Of a DNA stretch of 64,000 nt, positions 38,748-48,708 are shown one piece after another. Every line of letters starts with the position of its first letter. Position 1 is the first letter of the stretch. This DNA is from Pseudomonadota bacterium. GTDB lineage: Bacteria; Bdellovibrionota; UBA1018; CAIMNF01. The notes beneath the pieces were generated by a model. That model had not been told where the DNA came from, searched no databases, and worked only from the letters and a program-made list of their open reading frames with translations. The DNA lies in assembly GCA_027486675.1 (NCBI GenBank), contig JAIXOQ010000017.1, forward strand, positions 123,986 through 187,985. Reading direction: 5' to 3'. The position numbers were made by a program, and so were the translations under genes.

Positions 38748-39001
38748 AAAAGGTGACTCGTTCAAAAGTCCTCCAGGAGTCATCTATTTGTTACTCAGCC
38801 AAGTAGACCAACTGCGAATAACCACTACGTAACTCTTCAATATTTTCCCCTCCGCCCGGACCGGTCATTTCCTCTGTTCGTTTTTGACCACTCCCCCCCA
38901 ACGATGTTGAGAGAGAGTGGTCAAAAACTAGGAAATAAACATAAGGGCGGAGGGAGAGGTAGAAACAAAAAAACAAGTAAGAATGAAAGGTAGGCAAAGC
39001 G

Positions 39002-39406
39002 ATGGAGAAAGAAGAAAAAACAAAAACAAAGACAGAAATCCAAAACCAACACCAAAAGACAAAGAAGCAAGCCGAAGAACAGTTCCGCGTGGTGATCTCT
39101 AGAGAAGCGAACGCGGAACTGGAGCGACTCGTGGCTCGTATTCTGGATGGTCATGATGCTGTCACTGTGTCGAAGTCTGATATCGGCAATTACATCTTTT
39201 GTAATCTGAACAAGCACATTTCAGATGCCGATATCCAGACGATTCGAGTCACGCACTTCGATGAGCGAAAGGTCCTACAAGGTCTGATGCGAAGGTCTAG
39301 CCAAGAGGATGAAATTCCTAGCGATCTAAAAAAGATCATTCGCGACTTCTATGGGATAGGGGAAAAAGATAAAAAACGACCTTCTAGACGGGATGCGGAG
39401 CCCTAG
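39002..39406 (+). CDS. Hypothetical protein (134 aa), Lys/Thr-rich N-terminus
   Basis: ORF with a plausible RBS. No recognisable domain. Lies between the wHTH gene and xis. Confidence 0.35.
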   Translation: MEKEEKTKTKTEIQNQHQKTKKQAEEQFRVVISREANAELERLVARILDGHDAVTVSKSDIGNYIFCNLNKHISDADIQTIRVTHFDERKVLQGLMRRSSQEDEIPSDLKKIIRDFYGIGEKDKKRPSRRDAEP

Positions 39407-39523
39407 ATTGATTCCCAACTAAATCGCTATGTTCATTGACCTTCAGATCTTAGCGATCCTTCCATGCACCTCGTTCCGAAGTTACGCCCCTCTCATTGTC
39501 GCCTGAACCCAACTTGGAGTAAT

Positions 39524-39787
39524 ATGGACAAAGAACTGATAAACAGTTCGTCGCTCTCTGAAAAACAGAATTCTTGTAAAACACATGATGAAGTTGTTTC
39601 GTTAGAAGTCAGCAAATGGCTCACATCTAGCGAAGCCGCCCTTTACCTTCGGATCTCGAACTCCAGCTTAAAAATGATGGTGTATCGAGGTTCAGTTCGA
39701 GTTTGGAAGCTAGGAAGGCGAAATCGCTTTCTACGCGAAGATCTCGATCGACTCATTCGGGTACCTTCAAACAAAAAGGAGACCTAG
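39524..39787 (+). CDS. Excisionase-like HTH DNA-binding protein
   Basis: ORF from 39464. The ATG at 39524 has an RBS (GGAGT). HTH_17/excisionase-like segment WLTSSEAALYLRISNSSLKMMVYRGSVRVWKLGRRNRFLREDLDRLI. Stop is immediately followed by the int start. Confidence 0.55.
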   Translation: MDKELINSSSLSEKQNSCKTHDEVVSLEVSKWLTSSEAALYLRISNSSLKMMVYRGSVRVWKLGRRNRFLREDLDRLIRVPSNKKET

Positions 39788-41041
39788 ATGGCACAGAAGG
39801 ATTTTATAAAGGACGGAATACAGAAACTCATCATCTACATCGCAGTAAACTGTAAGGAGTACCCAGGAGGAAAGATCCAAAGGAAAAAGACCGTCACCGG
39901 TATTGCCAAAGGATCGCCGAAGGCGAACGCAATCGAGCGAGAAATGATCCGAGAAACGGAACGCGAGGCTGCGCAAAGAGAAGCCGTTGGCACCAACTGG
40001 GAAGCACTTGTAGGATTGTACGAACTTTGGGCTCGCGACGAAGAAAAGAACGGTCGCTGGGTTCAAAGCAAGCAAACCCTCTTTGATGCTGTACGCTCTT
40101 TACACAATTGGACCAATGATTGGTACAAACTCCCTGCCGCAAACATTACGGCTACCGATGTCACCAAGCTATTTCACAGAATGAGAGCTGCGGGTGTATC
40201 GGAAACCACAATTGGCAAAATGCGGGGGGATATTCGGAAAGTCTTTGAATTTGGTTTGCTGTTTGATCACATTCGCGGTGTCCGTAATAACCCGACAAAT
40301 GGGGTGACGATAAAAAGTCGAAAGCGGATGAGGACAGAGATTCTCAGCGAAGATGAAATCAAAAAGCTACTTTCCTATGCAAAGTCCTACGAACCAAGCT
40401 GGCACCCAATTTATGCCTTTGCCGTGTACACAGGGTGTCGTAACGGGGAATTGTACTCGCTTAAATGGAGCGATATCGATTTTCAGGAACGACTGATTAC
40501 GGTTCAACGGTCCTACAACAAAATGTTTAACGAAGAGAAATGCACGAAGACCGGCGAGTGGCGCCGAGTCTCCATCTGCGACCCTCTTTGGGAAATTGTT
40601 TTAGAACTGAAACGAAACCATGATCACGATCTTGAACGTGGAGCCTGTAAGTATCCGGGCTACGTTCTTCCGAGACCGGGTGTATGGCAGAACGGAGAAC
40701 AGGCGAGAAAGCTTCGAGAGTTTTGTGAAGAAATCGGAATCACACCGATCTGCTTCCACACTCTTAGGGCTTGTTTTGCGACTGAACTTCTAAGGCGCGG
40801 TGTAGACGTTCCTAGCGTGATGCGGGTTGGAGGCTGGAAGAGCCTAAAAACAATGATGCATTACGTTCGTTTATCCGGTATGGCAGACAAAGGGATCACT
40901 GATCCTTTGGACTACCGATCGGAAGACCCCCAAGCGACCAATCGCAAGCTTTTGTCTGCGGTTGGAGAATCGTTTCGATCAGGGGGCGGAATGGGTGCAG
41001 AGATTATCCCACTGCCGACTCGGAAACTTCCGCATCGGTAA
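39788..41041 (+). CDS. Tyrosine-type integrase (phage integrase family)
   Basis: SAM-like N-terminal domain. Catalytic R...HxLR...Y region (FHTLRACFATELLRRGVDVPSVMRVGGWKSLKTMMHYVRL). RBS AAGGAG upstream. Confidence 0.85.
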   Translation: MAQKDFIKDGIQKLIIYIAVNCKEYPGGKIQRKKTVTGIAKGSPKANAIEREMIRETEREAAQREAVGTNWEALVGLYELWARDEEKNGRWVQSKQTLFDAVRSLHNWTNDWYKLPAANITATDVTKLFHRMRAAGVSETTIGKMRGDIRKVFEFGLLFDHIRGVRNNPTNGVTIKSRKRMRTEILSEDEIKKLLSYAKSYEPSWHPIYAFAVYTGCRNGELYSLKWSDIDFQERLITVQRSYNKMFNEEKCTKTGEWRRVSICDPLWEIVLELKRNHDHDLERGACKYPGYVLPRPGVWQNGEQARKLREFCEEIGITPICFHTLRACFATELLRRGVDVPSVMRVGGWKSLKTMMHYVRLSGMADKGITDPLDYRSEDPQATNRKLLSAVGESFRSGGGMGAEIIPLPTRKLPHR

Positions 41042-41297
41042 CTGGGGGTTACAAGAAGGACACTGCATTAAAAGTGCTGTTCGCTGTAAGTTCTTGAATT
41101 TATGAGCCCCGACCAGAGGCAACCAAGACACAAAGAAAGGAGTCTCACAAAAGTTGGAGTACTTTTTTTGTGTCTTGGTTGGGTAGATTTTGGAACCTCG
41201 AAAACGAAGGTTTTCAAGCGAAGGCAGGAGCCGAAGCGCACTTTAGTCTTGAGGCGCGTGCACCGAGAGGTCACGAGCCGGATGCGACCGATAAATC

Positions 41298-42587
41298 TTA
41301 CCCCTGGCGCGGGGTCGCAAAACTCTGTTGATCCCACTCTGCTATCCACTCCAGAAGCACTTTCTCAAAGAGTTCTATTCCCTGCTTTAATCCGCTCGAA
41401 GTGCACGGTCCGAAGTCTCCAGGCTTACAACGAGGAAAAATATATCTATGGGCGTCTGCCTTCCAGTTCTTCTGCTCCGCAAAATAGCGCCGCACGCTCG
41501 GTCGATCAAAGGCAAAGACTTCGTCATAATCATCTTCGTGACCGTAATGGAAAACCACATCCACATAGCCAGTCCGTACATCCGGATCAAGCCTAGGGTT
41601 ATCCAGAACTGCATTCACTTTCCCTTGTAGCCGGACACGTTCCCCAGGCTTAAGTGATTCGATCTTTCGGCGAATCTGGGTGATGTGCTGAACATCGTGG
41701 GCCGGTACGCCCGCGCCGAACATAGTGCCATTGTCAATCTCTACCGTGCTCGTGTCTTCCGGGAAGCCGATAAAATGAACGTCAGAAGCAATTACCGTTC
41801 GAGCGATGTCCTCCATGGACTGATTCAGAAACGTTGGCACGAGAAACGTTCCGGGCAGGACTCCACTCAGTTCACTTTCGTATAATTCTATCGAAGAAGA
41901 CGAAAGCTCATGACGGCGGTAATCGAAGAATGACTCAGAAATGAAACCAGCACCTCTCCTCTCGTAGAGCGCATAGTCGGATGCCGAATTTTTGTCCTTA
42001 ATCACTTTGAAGTAATATGAGTACGAAGAGGGACCTCTCAAAATAAGAAACTCTATTTCCGGATCGCCTATTTTTCCACGGATCCTAAAATGGTCAAAAA
42101 AGTCTGGCTGATCCCAATTGAACGAAGAGCCCATGACGATAGAAAAATCAACTGCCTTCCTGATCAGCGAGATTTCCTGCTCGGAAAGCAATCTAAACGA
42201 GGACTCGAAAGTGCGATTCGCGGAAGCAAACAGAGTGGCCCAGGCTCTAGCACGGATGGAGATATTCGGTGAATTGAGTGCTAGCAGCGAGAAGTCTCCG
42301 TAAGCGCTCTTGAGCCGGCCCCAAGTATCGAGTCCGATTGGAGACGAGATTTGTGCGTTCACATTCTTTACTTCGGCAGCCTCCAAAAACGCGTTGTCGG
42401 AAACGGCTTCATCAACAAGAATACGGCAAAGCCATGTGGGCATTGCCCATGCGCTATCGCTGAAGCATACAAAGAAGACGATGAGACATATTCCGCGGGA
42501 CCTTGGCTTCACAACGGTAGGAAACATACTAAACATTACCATTTGGGTCAAATAATCACCGACCCCATCTCTTGCAACTTGGGCCAT
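41298..42587 (-). CDS. Hypothetical protein (429 aa)
   Basis: Long ORF with an N-terminal hydrophobic segment. No confidently recognised domain. Confidence 0.35.
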   Translation of the reverse strand: MAQVARDGVGDYLTQMVMFSMFPTVVKPRSRGICLIVFFVCFSDSAWAMPTWLCRILVDEAVSDNAFLEAAEVKNVNAQISSPIGLDTWGRLKSAYGDFSLLALNSPNISIRARAWATLFASANRTFESSFRLLSEQEISLIRKAVDFSIVMGSSFNWDQPDFFDHFRIRGKIGDPEIEFLILRGPSSYSYYFKVIKDKNSASDYALYERRGAGFISESFFDYRRHELSSSSIELYESELSGVLPGTFLVPTFLNQSMEDIARTVIASDVHFIGFPEDTSTVEIDNGTMFGAGVPAHDVQHITQIRRKIESLKPGERVRLQGKVNAVLDNPRLDPDVRTGYVDVVFHYGHEDDYDEVFAFDRPSVRRYFAEQKNWKADAHRYIFPRCKPGDFGPCTSSGLKQGIELFEKVLLEWIAEWDQQSFATPRQG

Positions 42588-42758
42588 TTAGATCAGCTCA
42601 CTTACGAATCTCGAAAGGCGATCTAACCGTTTCGAAGAAGGAGTCATGCCTCATGTCACTCGACAAACTCATTCCGTTAGCAACTACTTCTGCGGTCCAG
42701 GCCGAGGCTCCGTACGTTAGGCAGCAGACGAGTACTTTCATCGTCGCAAGTTCATGGT

Positions 42759-43259
42759 CTAAGGATTTTTCTCTAGCGTCATTAAAAAACCCAGTGCTTC
42801 ATTAATCGTAAATTCACTAAAAACTCGGATTCCATTTGACTCTAGTAGCGCCGTCGTTACTCCTTGCCCACTCTTTTTACCGCCAGCAAAGGTACCGTCG
42901 TAAATGGACTGACTGCCGCAAGAAGGGCTGTCTTCTTTCAGTATCGCAATCTTGATTCTATGACTGAGAGCCAAGGTGAGGGCATTCTGCGCTCCCCGAA
43001 TGTATCCATCAGTAACATCAGTGCCGGTATCCTCGATTATTTTTTATGAATCATTTAAAACTGAAGCACCATCTCCGCCGCCAACGATTTCGGCAGGTGG
43101 CCGGGGCGTCGCAAATCCTGCAGAAACCTCCGGACAAACCATCACAAGACGCCCTTCATTTCTCCAAAGATCAAGTGTCGAATTGGCATAGAGCGCATGC
43201 CCACCGTGGTACTTAACTTTTTCTCCAAGCAAACAAGCGCTGATTAGAATTTTCTCCAT
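42759..43259 (-). pseudogene. DUF523-family gene interrupted by an in-frame TAA stop
   Basis: Track ORFs 43044..43259 (MEKILISACLLGEKVKYHGG...CPEVSAGFATPRPPAEIVGGGDGASVLNDS*) and 42759..42974 (TTG start; ...ILKEDSPSCGSQSIYDGTFAGGKKSGQGVTTALLESNGIRVF) are in the same frame. Together they cover a complete DUF523 fold, separated only by TAA at 43044..43046 (VLNDS*KIIEDTGTDVTDGY). Confidence 0.55.
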
Positions 43260-43476
43260 CTGATATTATTATACCGACTTCGAGGCAAGTGGATGAAGAG
43301 TATTGAGCCACCCGCACAAGTTACGCCAACAGGAGAAAGCGGAATCACCCAAGTCATCGCTCGCACTCATTTTCAAAAAAAAACCAAGAATTAGCTGTTC
43401 ATCATTGTCGAACCAATCCTGAACAGGCAGCTTAGTTCTTCACGAACCTCACTGGAAAAAGAAGGGCACTCAGGAA

Positions 43477-43884
43477 ATGAATCGATTCATCAATACCCTA
43501 ATGGTGGGCTTCGCACTTGTTCTCACGCAGGTAGCCACGGCCATAACCCTAAAAGACATGGTGAAGTGCGAAGAGTTCCCAGATCCTCCGTCAGGACTCA
43601 TTCAATCGATCCGCGAATGGGATACACTGCCTCCCCATCAACGCATCAACGCTGCCTTCTATCATGATGCGAAACACCACGTGATCAAACGCAGCTTTGA
43701 TGTGGTGCGAAACCCAAACGGATTGCCCAGTGACTACAAGTCCATTTTTCTGGAGGCTGCTAAACGCATTCAAGAAGACTTGCCTGAGGTCTACTCAACA
43801 TATTACCCCCTCATCGGTGAACCATTTCTTTCTGAAATCGAAGTGGCAACAACTCCGACCGGCGAATTGCTTGCGTATCAGTAG
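43477..43884 (+). CDS. Small secreted hypothetical protein
   Basis: Signal peptide (MNRFINTLMVGFALVLTQVATA). 135 aa. No recognised domain. Confidence 0.4.
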   Translation: MNRFINTLMVGFALVLTQVATAITLKDMVKCEEFPDPPSGLIQSIREWDTLPPHQRINAAFYHDAKHHVIKRSFDVVRNPNGLPSDYKSIFLEAAKRIQEDLPEVYSTYYPLIGEPFLSEIEVATTPTGELLAYQ

Positions 43885-44153
43885 ATCTTTAAACAAGTGG
43901 GCGGTGATGCTGGGCGTCCACTCGAAAAGAGATTTGCAACTCGCCAGCTTGCGTATCAAGCAGGGCTCGATACCGAAGCAGACGTAGAATGGAAGATTAA
44001 TTTCGAGATCAACCATGATGGAACCATTTACCACCAAAAGAATGCGCACTGGGAGTGGACTGGGCATTAGGAGAATCTGAAGTTAGATTTGCTGAGACTG
44101 GGATGAAACCGAAGATTGAAATCCAAACTCAAAGCAGTGATAACCTCTAGTCT

Positions 44154-44699
44154 ATGAAGGCCAAACTTGACGAGCTACGCAAAAGGCTAGACCACTTCAG
44201 CGCTCGGAGTGATTTAACGGTAGAACAGATTGCATGGGGCCATTGTATCGAAGAAGCAATACTCGCGGGCGAGCAAGGAAATTATAGCGTCGGTGCATTA
44301 GTAACGGATTCTAAATTCCGTATTCTCGGGCGCGGACGGAACGCGGTCTTTAAACCAAAATTCCGCTCCGAGGCGCATGCTGAGATGATTGCGATTTCAG
44401 CGGTTGAAACGGCTGCATCCGTAGTAGATAAGAATAATCTGATTTTGTTTTCGACCCTTGAGCCGTGCCTCATGTGCACAGCGAGGATTTTGCTATCGGG
44501 TATTGGCCAAGCTGTCTTCCTAAAACGCGATCCCACTGCTGGCATCTGCGATCGGCTTCACATGTTACCGCCCAACTATCAGGATTTAGCCAAACGGGTT
44601 CAGTTCCACGAATACAATAATGATCTGGAACTCAAAGAGATCTCTTCCGAGCTTTACAAAATTGGCGAAGAGCTTTGGTCACGGGAGTACGGGCTCTAA
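44154..44699 (+). CDS. Nucleoside/tRNA-adenosine (TadA-like) deaminase, CDA family
   Basis: Zinc-binding motifs HAEMIAI and PCLMCTARI (H-A-E ... P-C-x2-C). 181 aa. Confidence 0.7.
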   Translation: MKAKLDELRKRLDHFSARSDLTVEQIAWGHCIEEAILAGEQGNYSVGALVTDSKFRILGRGRNAVFKPKFRSEAHAEMIAISAVETAASVVDKNNLILFSTLEPCLMCTARILLSGIGQAVFLKRDPTAGICDRLHMLPPNYQDLAKRVQFHEYNNDLELKEISSELYKIGEELWSREYGL

Positions 44700-44769
44700 A
44701 AGTTACAGTCATCACCGACGTACTTATACTAAGTCTCCTAATCTTTGATTCAGTGTATTTCTGAAATCT

Positions 44770-45408
44770 CTATTTGGCGTTTAATGCAGTTTTGAGTTCC
44801 TGCATTACCTCTTTTTTGAGCGCCAGTAGTTCATCAAGTCCAGGAAGCTTCACAAATGCGAGCGAGAAGATCAGTTCATTTCGACCCAATGACTCTTCTT
44901 TTAGTTTGAAATCTACTTGGCAGGCTTTCCTGCCGTATTCTGGATCCTCACTCATTTTGGCGTAATGATCGATCCGCTCTTGCTCAAACGCGTTGAGACT
45001 ATAGTCGGTTTCTTCCAAGGAGTAGAGATTCTTAGCGTAACGAGTTTTCAACTTCTGAGTAAATGGCATCAGATTCCGTAGAATCTTCTCTGCCTGAGCA
45101 ATGTTTGGTATGCCTCGAAGTTTGAATTCGCGGTCCGATTTCTCAGGATCGACGTAATCCCTACGCATGGGATCGCCGTATTGAATAATGAACAATTTGT
45201 CCTCTGAGATTGCGCTTCCTTGAACTGAATCACTCACCCAAGCCTCCTTTGGCAAAAACATGCAAAGCACGACAAACACTACACGAGCAATTCTCATCAA
45301 CTGATCTTCAACCACTGATCGGAAAGCGCAATAACTGACTTCAGTTCCATGATCATGCTTTGTAGCATATTGGATTCTGCCAGCCATCCTCAGCATGCCC
45401 TCGGACAA
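44770..45408 (-). CDS. Hypothetical protein (212 aa)
   Basis: Long ORF with an N-terminal hydrophobic stretch. No recognised domain. Confidence 0.35.
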   Translation of the reverse strand: MSEGMLRMAGRIQYATKHDHGTEVSYCAFRSVVEDQLMRIARVVFVVLCMFLPKEAWVSDSVQGSAISEDKLFIIQYGDPMRRDYVDPEKSDREFKLRGIPNIAQAEKILRNLMPFTQKLKTRYAKNLYSLEETDYSLNAFEQERIDHYAKMSEDPEYGRKACQVDFKLKEESLGRNELIFSLAFVKLPGLDELLALKKEVMQELKTALNAK

Positions 45409-45593
45409 CCCAGAAATGGGCTAGGGGCCAAACCATCCTTAAGATGTGTTAGACATTTGGCGCCATTGCATGAATCGAAGGCGAGAACGTTTTAGTTCTT
45501 CTTCACCGCGAAAAAGAAGTAGCCATTTTCTAACGGGCGCGCAGGATCATTCCCGTCTCTTCGGAACACAGAGACCTTGCCCTCGTGAACTGA

Positions 45594-45603
45594 GGGGGGG
45601 GGG
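45594..45603. repeat. Homopolymeric G10 tract in the intergenic region upstream of the OMP-like gene
   Basis: tgaGGGGGGGGGGcaaacg read directly. About 190 bp upstream of the 45790 start. Confidence 0.8.
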
Positions 45604-45789
45604 CAAACGATCATTGTCTCTGGCCCAGTCTTTCGAATTCCTGTGACCAGCGATCCATCTATCAAGCGGCTGGTCCGTCAGCTTCACCCCCTTGCATTCA
45701 CTGGGTTCGGGATGCGAGCACAGAAAAACGGATTTATAGAAGAATACTGAGCTGGATTCCAAATCAGCTTTATGATCTTCTGAAAATGC

Positions 45790-46707
45790 ATGAAACACAC
45801 CCCGAAGAGACCCACTCAAAGTCGTGTACATATTTTTTTCGTCTTAGTAGTTATCATTTTAGTATCGGTCGGGACAGCCCAGGTTGCCTCTGCGCAGCTC
45901 AGGGATCGGGCAGCGCTTTGGGTCGAAGCCCTGCCTTCAGCTGACTTGGAATCGATCAACGGGGCGTCGAGTCCAACTCTGCAAGCTCAAGCCGCTGAAG
46001 TTTATGCTGCCGAAAGATTCTTTCTAGATGAAGACGGAGCTGACCTCCTTAATGTTGCTCTGTCCTATCGCAATAGCTTTATCCAAACCAACGGCGCCCC
46101 TGGCCTTGCCGGCGTGCGCAACGTCGGCTGGATAGTGCCAATCGTTACCTGGCTTCATTCCATCAATGAGCGGGACACAATCATCATCCAGGGGCGCCCA
46201 GGAGTTTTTACCGATTACACTCGCATCAACGGGGATCACTTTCGCATGGAGGGTTCTGTTTTGTGGGATCGTATCTGGAACGATCGGTGGACCCTTGGAG
46301 TTGGATTTGCAAGAACAAGTAATTTCGGCAAAGTCCTCTACCTTCCTCTGTTTCACGCGCTCGGCATAATCGGAAAAGACCTTTGGCTTGATTTGCTATT
46401 ACCGGGACGCGGCGAACTTTATTTTCTGCCCTCTAAAGATTGGGAGCTTGGCGTCATGTTTAGTATCACTGGATCCCAGTACGCAATTGGGGAGCAGGCT
46501 CTAGGCTTTGATACGCTTCAATATGCGAATGTACTCATGGGGCCAACCTTACGTTATAGATTGAGCGGAAGTGCATATCTGGGGCTCGAAGCGGGTTATA
46601 CAGTGATGCGACGTGCAATTACCCTCGACAGCGATACTGGAGCGCAGTTCAGCTATGAGCCTGGTCGCACATTCTTTACTCGTTTAGGTCTACAACTTCG
46701 ATTCTAA
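45790..46707 (+). CDS. Putative outer-membrane beta-barrel protein
   Basis: Signal peptide (FFVLVVIILVSVGTAQVASA). Alternating amphipathic strands. C-terminal ...LGLQLRF (terminal Phe). Confidence 0.45.
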   Translation: MKHTPKRPTQSRVHIFFVLVVIILVSVGTAQVASAQLRDRAALWVEALPSADLESINGASSPTLQAQAAEVYAAERFFLDEDGADLLNVALSYRNSFIQTNGAPGLAGVRNVGWIVPIVTWLHSINERDTIIIQGRPGVFTDYTRINGDHFRMEGSVLWDRIWNDRWTLGVGFARTSNFGKVLYLPLFHALGIIGKDLWLDLLLPGRGELYFLPSKDWELGVMFSITGSQYAIGEQALGFDTLQYANVLMGPTLRYRLSGSAYLGLEAGYTVMRRAITLDSDTGAQFSYEPGRTFFTRLGLQLRF

Positions 46708-46735
46708 GAAAACCTCGAATGAAAGGCACAATCGT

Positions 46736-47521
46736 ATGAAAATTTTTCTCAGTTTACTCTCCTTGACGTTCATTCTGTCAGCACATGCGGCACCAGCAAA
46801 AAAATCAGCGGTAGCGTCCGCTCCAACAGCCCCATCCAATTCTTTTGCAAAAGTTGATGCCGACCTCCAGGCGAGCCGCTTCACTGAGGCGCGTGCTGAA
46901 ATTGAGGCACAGCTCAATAAAGACCCAAGTAACGCGGAATGGGTGTGGCGCTTATCGCGTGCAAAGGTATTTCAAGGTGACACATTAAAGTCAGGTTCAA
47001 AGGAACAAGAACAGCTTTATATTGAATCTCTTTCGGACTCGGAAAAGGCAATCCAATTGAAGCCAGATCTTGCAATGGCGCATGTACGTCGCGCCATATC
47101 CGCTGGAAAGATCGCGTTGTTTAAGGGGATCATCGAATCCAAAGATTTAGCCCTTGAGGTCAAGAAGTCTTGTGAAACTGCGTTAGCTAAAGCCTCGACT
47201 CTGGACGCAAATGCTAAGGCTCTTGCTCATTACGTGTTGGGCCGGTTGCATGTGAAGCTGACAGATACTCCACTGGTATTGAGAAAGCCCATGGGACTAG
47301 GCTGGGCAAATTTGCAAGAAGCAGAGACAAACTTGGCGGAAGCAATCAAGGTGTATCCAAACTGGGTGCAGATTCGATTGGAATACGGCAAGGCGTTGAA
47401 GAAGCTAAAAAAATCATCTGAAGCGAAAGAGCAGCTTCAACAGGCGATCAATCTGCCGTCTTCTGAGCCGGGTGACGAAGAGAAGAAATCAGAGGCGAAG
47501 GAACTTCTGTCTCAGTTCTAA
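46736..47521 (+). CDS. Secreted TPR-like repeat protein
   Basis: Signal peptide (IFLSLLSLTFILSAHA). Helical repeat content with TPR-like spacing. 261 aa. Confidence 0.4.
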   Translation: MKIFLSLLSLTFILSAHAAPAKKSAVASAPTAPSNSFAKVDADLQASRFTEARAEIEAQLNKDPSNAEWVWRLSRAKVFQGDTLKSGSKEQEQLYIESLSDSEKAIQLKPDLAMAHVRRAISAGKIALFKGIIESKDLALEVKKSCETALAKASTLDANAKALAHYVLGRLHVKLTDTPLVLRKPMGLGWANLQEAETNLAEAIKVYPNWVQIRLEYGKALKKLKKSSEAKEQLQQAINLPSSEPGDEEKKSEAKELLSQF

Positions 47522-47545
47522 ACACTTACAAACTGCACCAGCAAA

Positions 47546-47555
47546 GGGGGGGGGG
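47546..47555. repeat. Second homopolymeric G10 tract, immediately after the TPR-like gene
   Basis: caaaGGGGGGGGGGctcat read directly. Lies between convergent genes. Confidence 0.8.
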
Positions 47556-47567
47556 CTCATTCGTAGC

Positions 47568-48524
47568 TCAATCCACCCTATTTCGTTTTTCCCCTCGAAG
47601 AAACGCAAGTAGGTTTTCAGTCAATTCCGCGAGGAGCCTCGTTCTTGATTCAAATGTGGCCCACGCAATATGAGGCGTAACCAAACAATTCTTTGCGCGC
47701 AACAGGGGATTACCATCGCGCGGTGGTTCGAATGATAGGACGTCTAGGGCCGCGCCCGCGATCCTGCCTTCATTTAAAGCAGCCGCAAGATCTTCCTCAG
47801 CAACTAAAGCGCCCCGACTGACGTTTAGAAAGAAGGCTGAAGGCCTCATGAGTGCAATTAGGTCTTTATTAACAAATTCTTGATTCGTGGAAGTCAAAGG
47901 ACAATGCAAAGAAACAATATCCGAGTCTGAAAAACATTGTTTTAAACTGACAAAGCGAACGCCATCCATAGCATCACGTTCAGGATGGGTGTGACTTGCG
48001 ATGACCTGCATCCCGAATGCCAATGCAATTCTGGCAACAGCCTTTCCTATCTGCCCGAGTCCTACAATTCCCAAAGTCTTTCCGGACAACTCGGTCAAGG
48101 CCGCTAGTGAATAGCTAAAGTCTGCCGTTCTACACCAGTCCATGGATCGCGTACTTGCAGCATGAATCCCCACATGATTCGTGAGCTCAAGGAGCAAAGC
48201 GAAAGTATGTTGGGCAGCAGAAGCAGTGCTATATCTCGGAACATTTGTGACTGCGATGCCACTTCTGCGCGCAGCATTCACATCAATGCAGTTAAATCCG
48301 GTCGCGGATACACCAATGTATTTCAGTTTACTTGCGTCATGAAGAGTTTGCTCGTTGAGCATTACCTTATTGGTAATCACAATGTCCGCATCCTCAATCC
48401 TGGTAAGAATTTCGGAATCTGATGTGTGCTCATAGGCGCTAATGGCACCTAAAGTCCGAAGAGGGTCCCAAGAGTCTTCAGGAAGCGAGATTGTTCTTCG
48501 GTCAAGAACTACGATTTTCAGCAT
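47568..48524 (-). CDS. D-isomer-specific 2-hydroxyacid dehydrogenase (glycerate/phosphoglycerate DH-like)
   Basis: ORF extends to 48644, but the family-typical start is the internal Met (MLKIVVLD) at 48524. NAD-binding GxGxxG (GIVGLGQIGKAVARIAL). Catalytic R/E/H region (HIAWAT). Confidence 0.8.
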   Translation of the reverse strand: MLKIVVLDRRTISLPEDSWDPLRTLGAISAYEHTSDSEILTRIEDADIVITNKVMLNEQTLHDASKLKYIGVSATGFNCIDVNAARRSGIAVTNVPRYSTASAAQHTFALLLELTNHVGIHAASTRSMDWCRTADFSYSLAALTELSGKTLGIVGLGQIGKAVARIALAFGMQVIASHTHPERDAMDGVRFVSLKQCFSDSDIVSLHCPLTSTNQEFVNKDLIALMRPSAFFLNVSRGALVAEEDLAAALNEGRIAGAALDVLSFEPPRDGNPLLRAKNCLVTPHIAWATFESRTRLLAELTENLLAFLRGEKRNRVD

Positions 48525-48708
48525 GGATAATATTAATCCTAAAATGCGGAGCCCAAGGAGGAAACGCCAATCATCTCGTCCTTGTTGTGCAATCCAGTTT
48601 CGATCCTTCGTGACCCCTAACAAAAATAGCCCCACCGTTTCCACGATGGGGCTATGAGATTTTCAGATACGGCGCAGTCTCTCTGGAGTGCTGCTAAAGA
48701 AGGAGAGC

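Larger units (their letters stand above)
34014..41300. mobile_element. Putative integrated element downstream of tRNA-fMet, carrying xis-int and accessory cargo; boundaries approximate
   Basis: Begins at the 3' end of initiator tRNA. An excisionase-like HTH gene and a tyrosine integrase lie at the distal end, transcribed toward the presumed attR. Cargo is nuclease- and protease-like genes. No clear direct repeat of the tRNA 3' end found by eye. Confidence 0.35.

Noticed and set aside
38990-39075. A/C-rich low-complexity DNA (aaagaagaaaaaacaaaaacaaagacag...) that might look like a repeat array
   Set aside because: It encodes the Lys/Thr-rich N-terminus of the 39002 gene. No regular repeat-spacer periodicity, and no CRISPR-like structure anywhere in the window.
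41042-41300. Direct repeat of the tRNA-fMet 3' end (attR) downstream of int
   Set aside because: Only short, weak similarities (about 8 nt, GCAACCAA) seen by eye. Cannot claim an att site without an alignment.
42759-43259. Treating the two 71-aa ORFs as independent small genes
   Set aside because: They are in the same frame and together reconstitute a single DUF523 domain. The separation is one TAA codon.
48525-48644. 40-aa N-terminal extension of the 2-hydroxyacid dehydrogenase ORF
   Set aside because: Family members start at the MKIVVLD-like motif. The extension is hydrophobic and overlaps an opposite-strand ORF.
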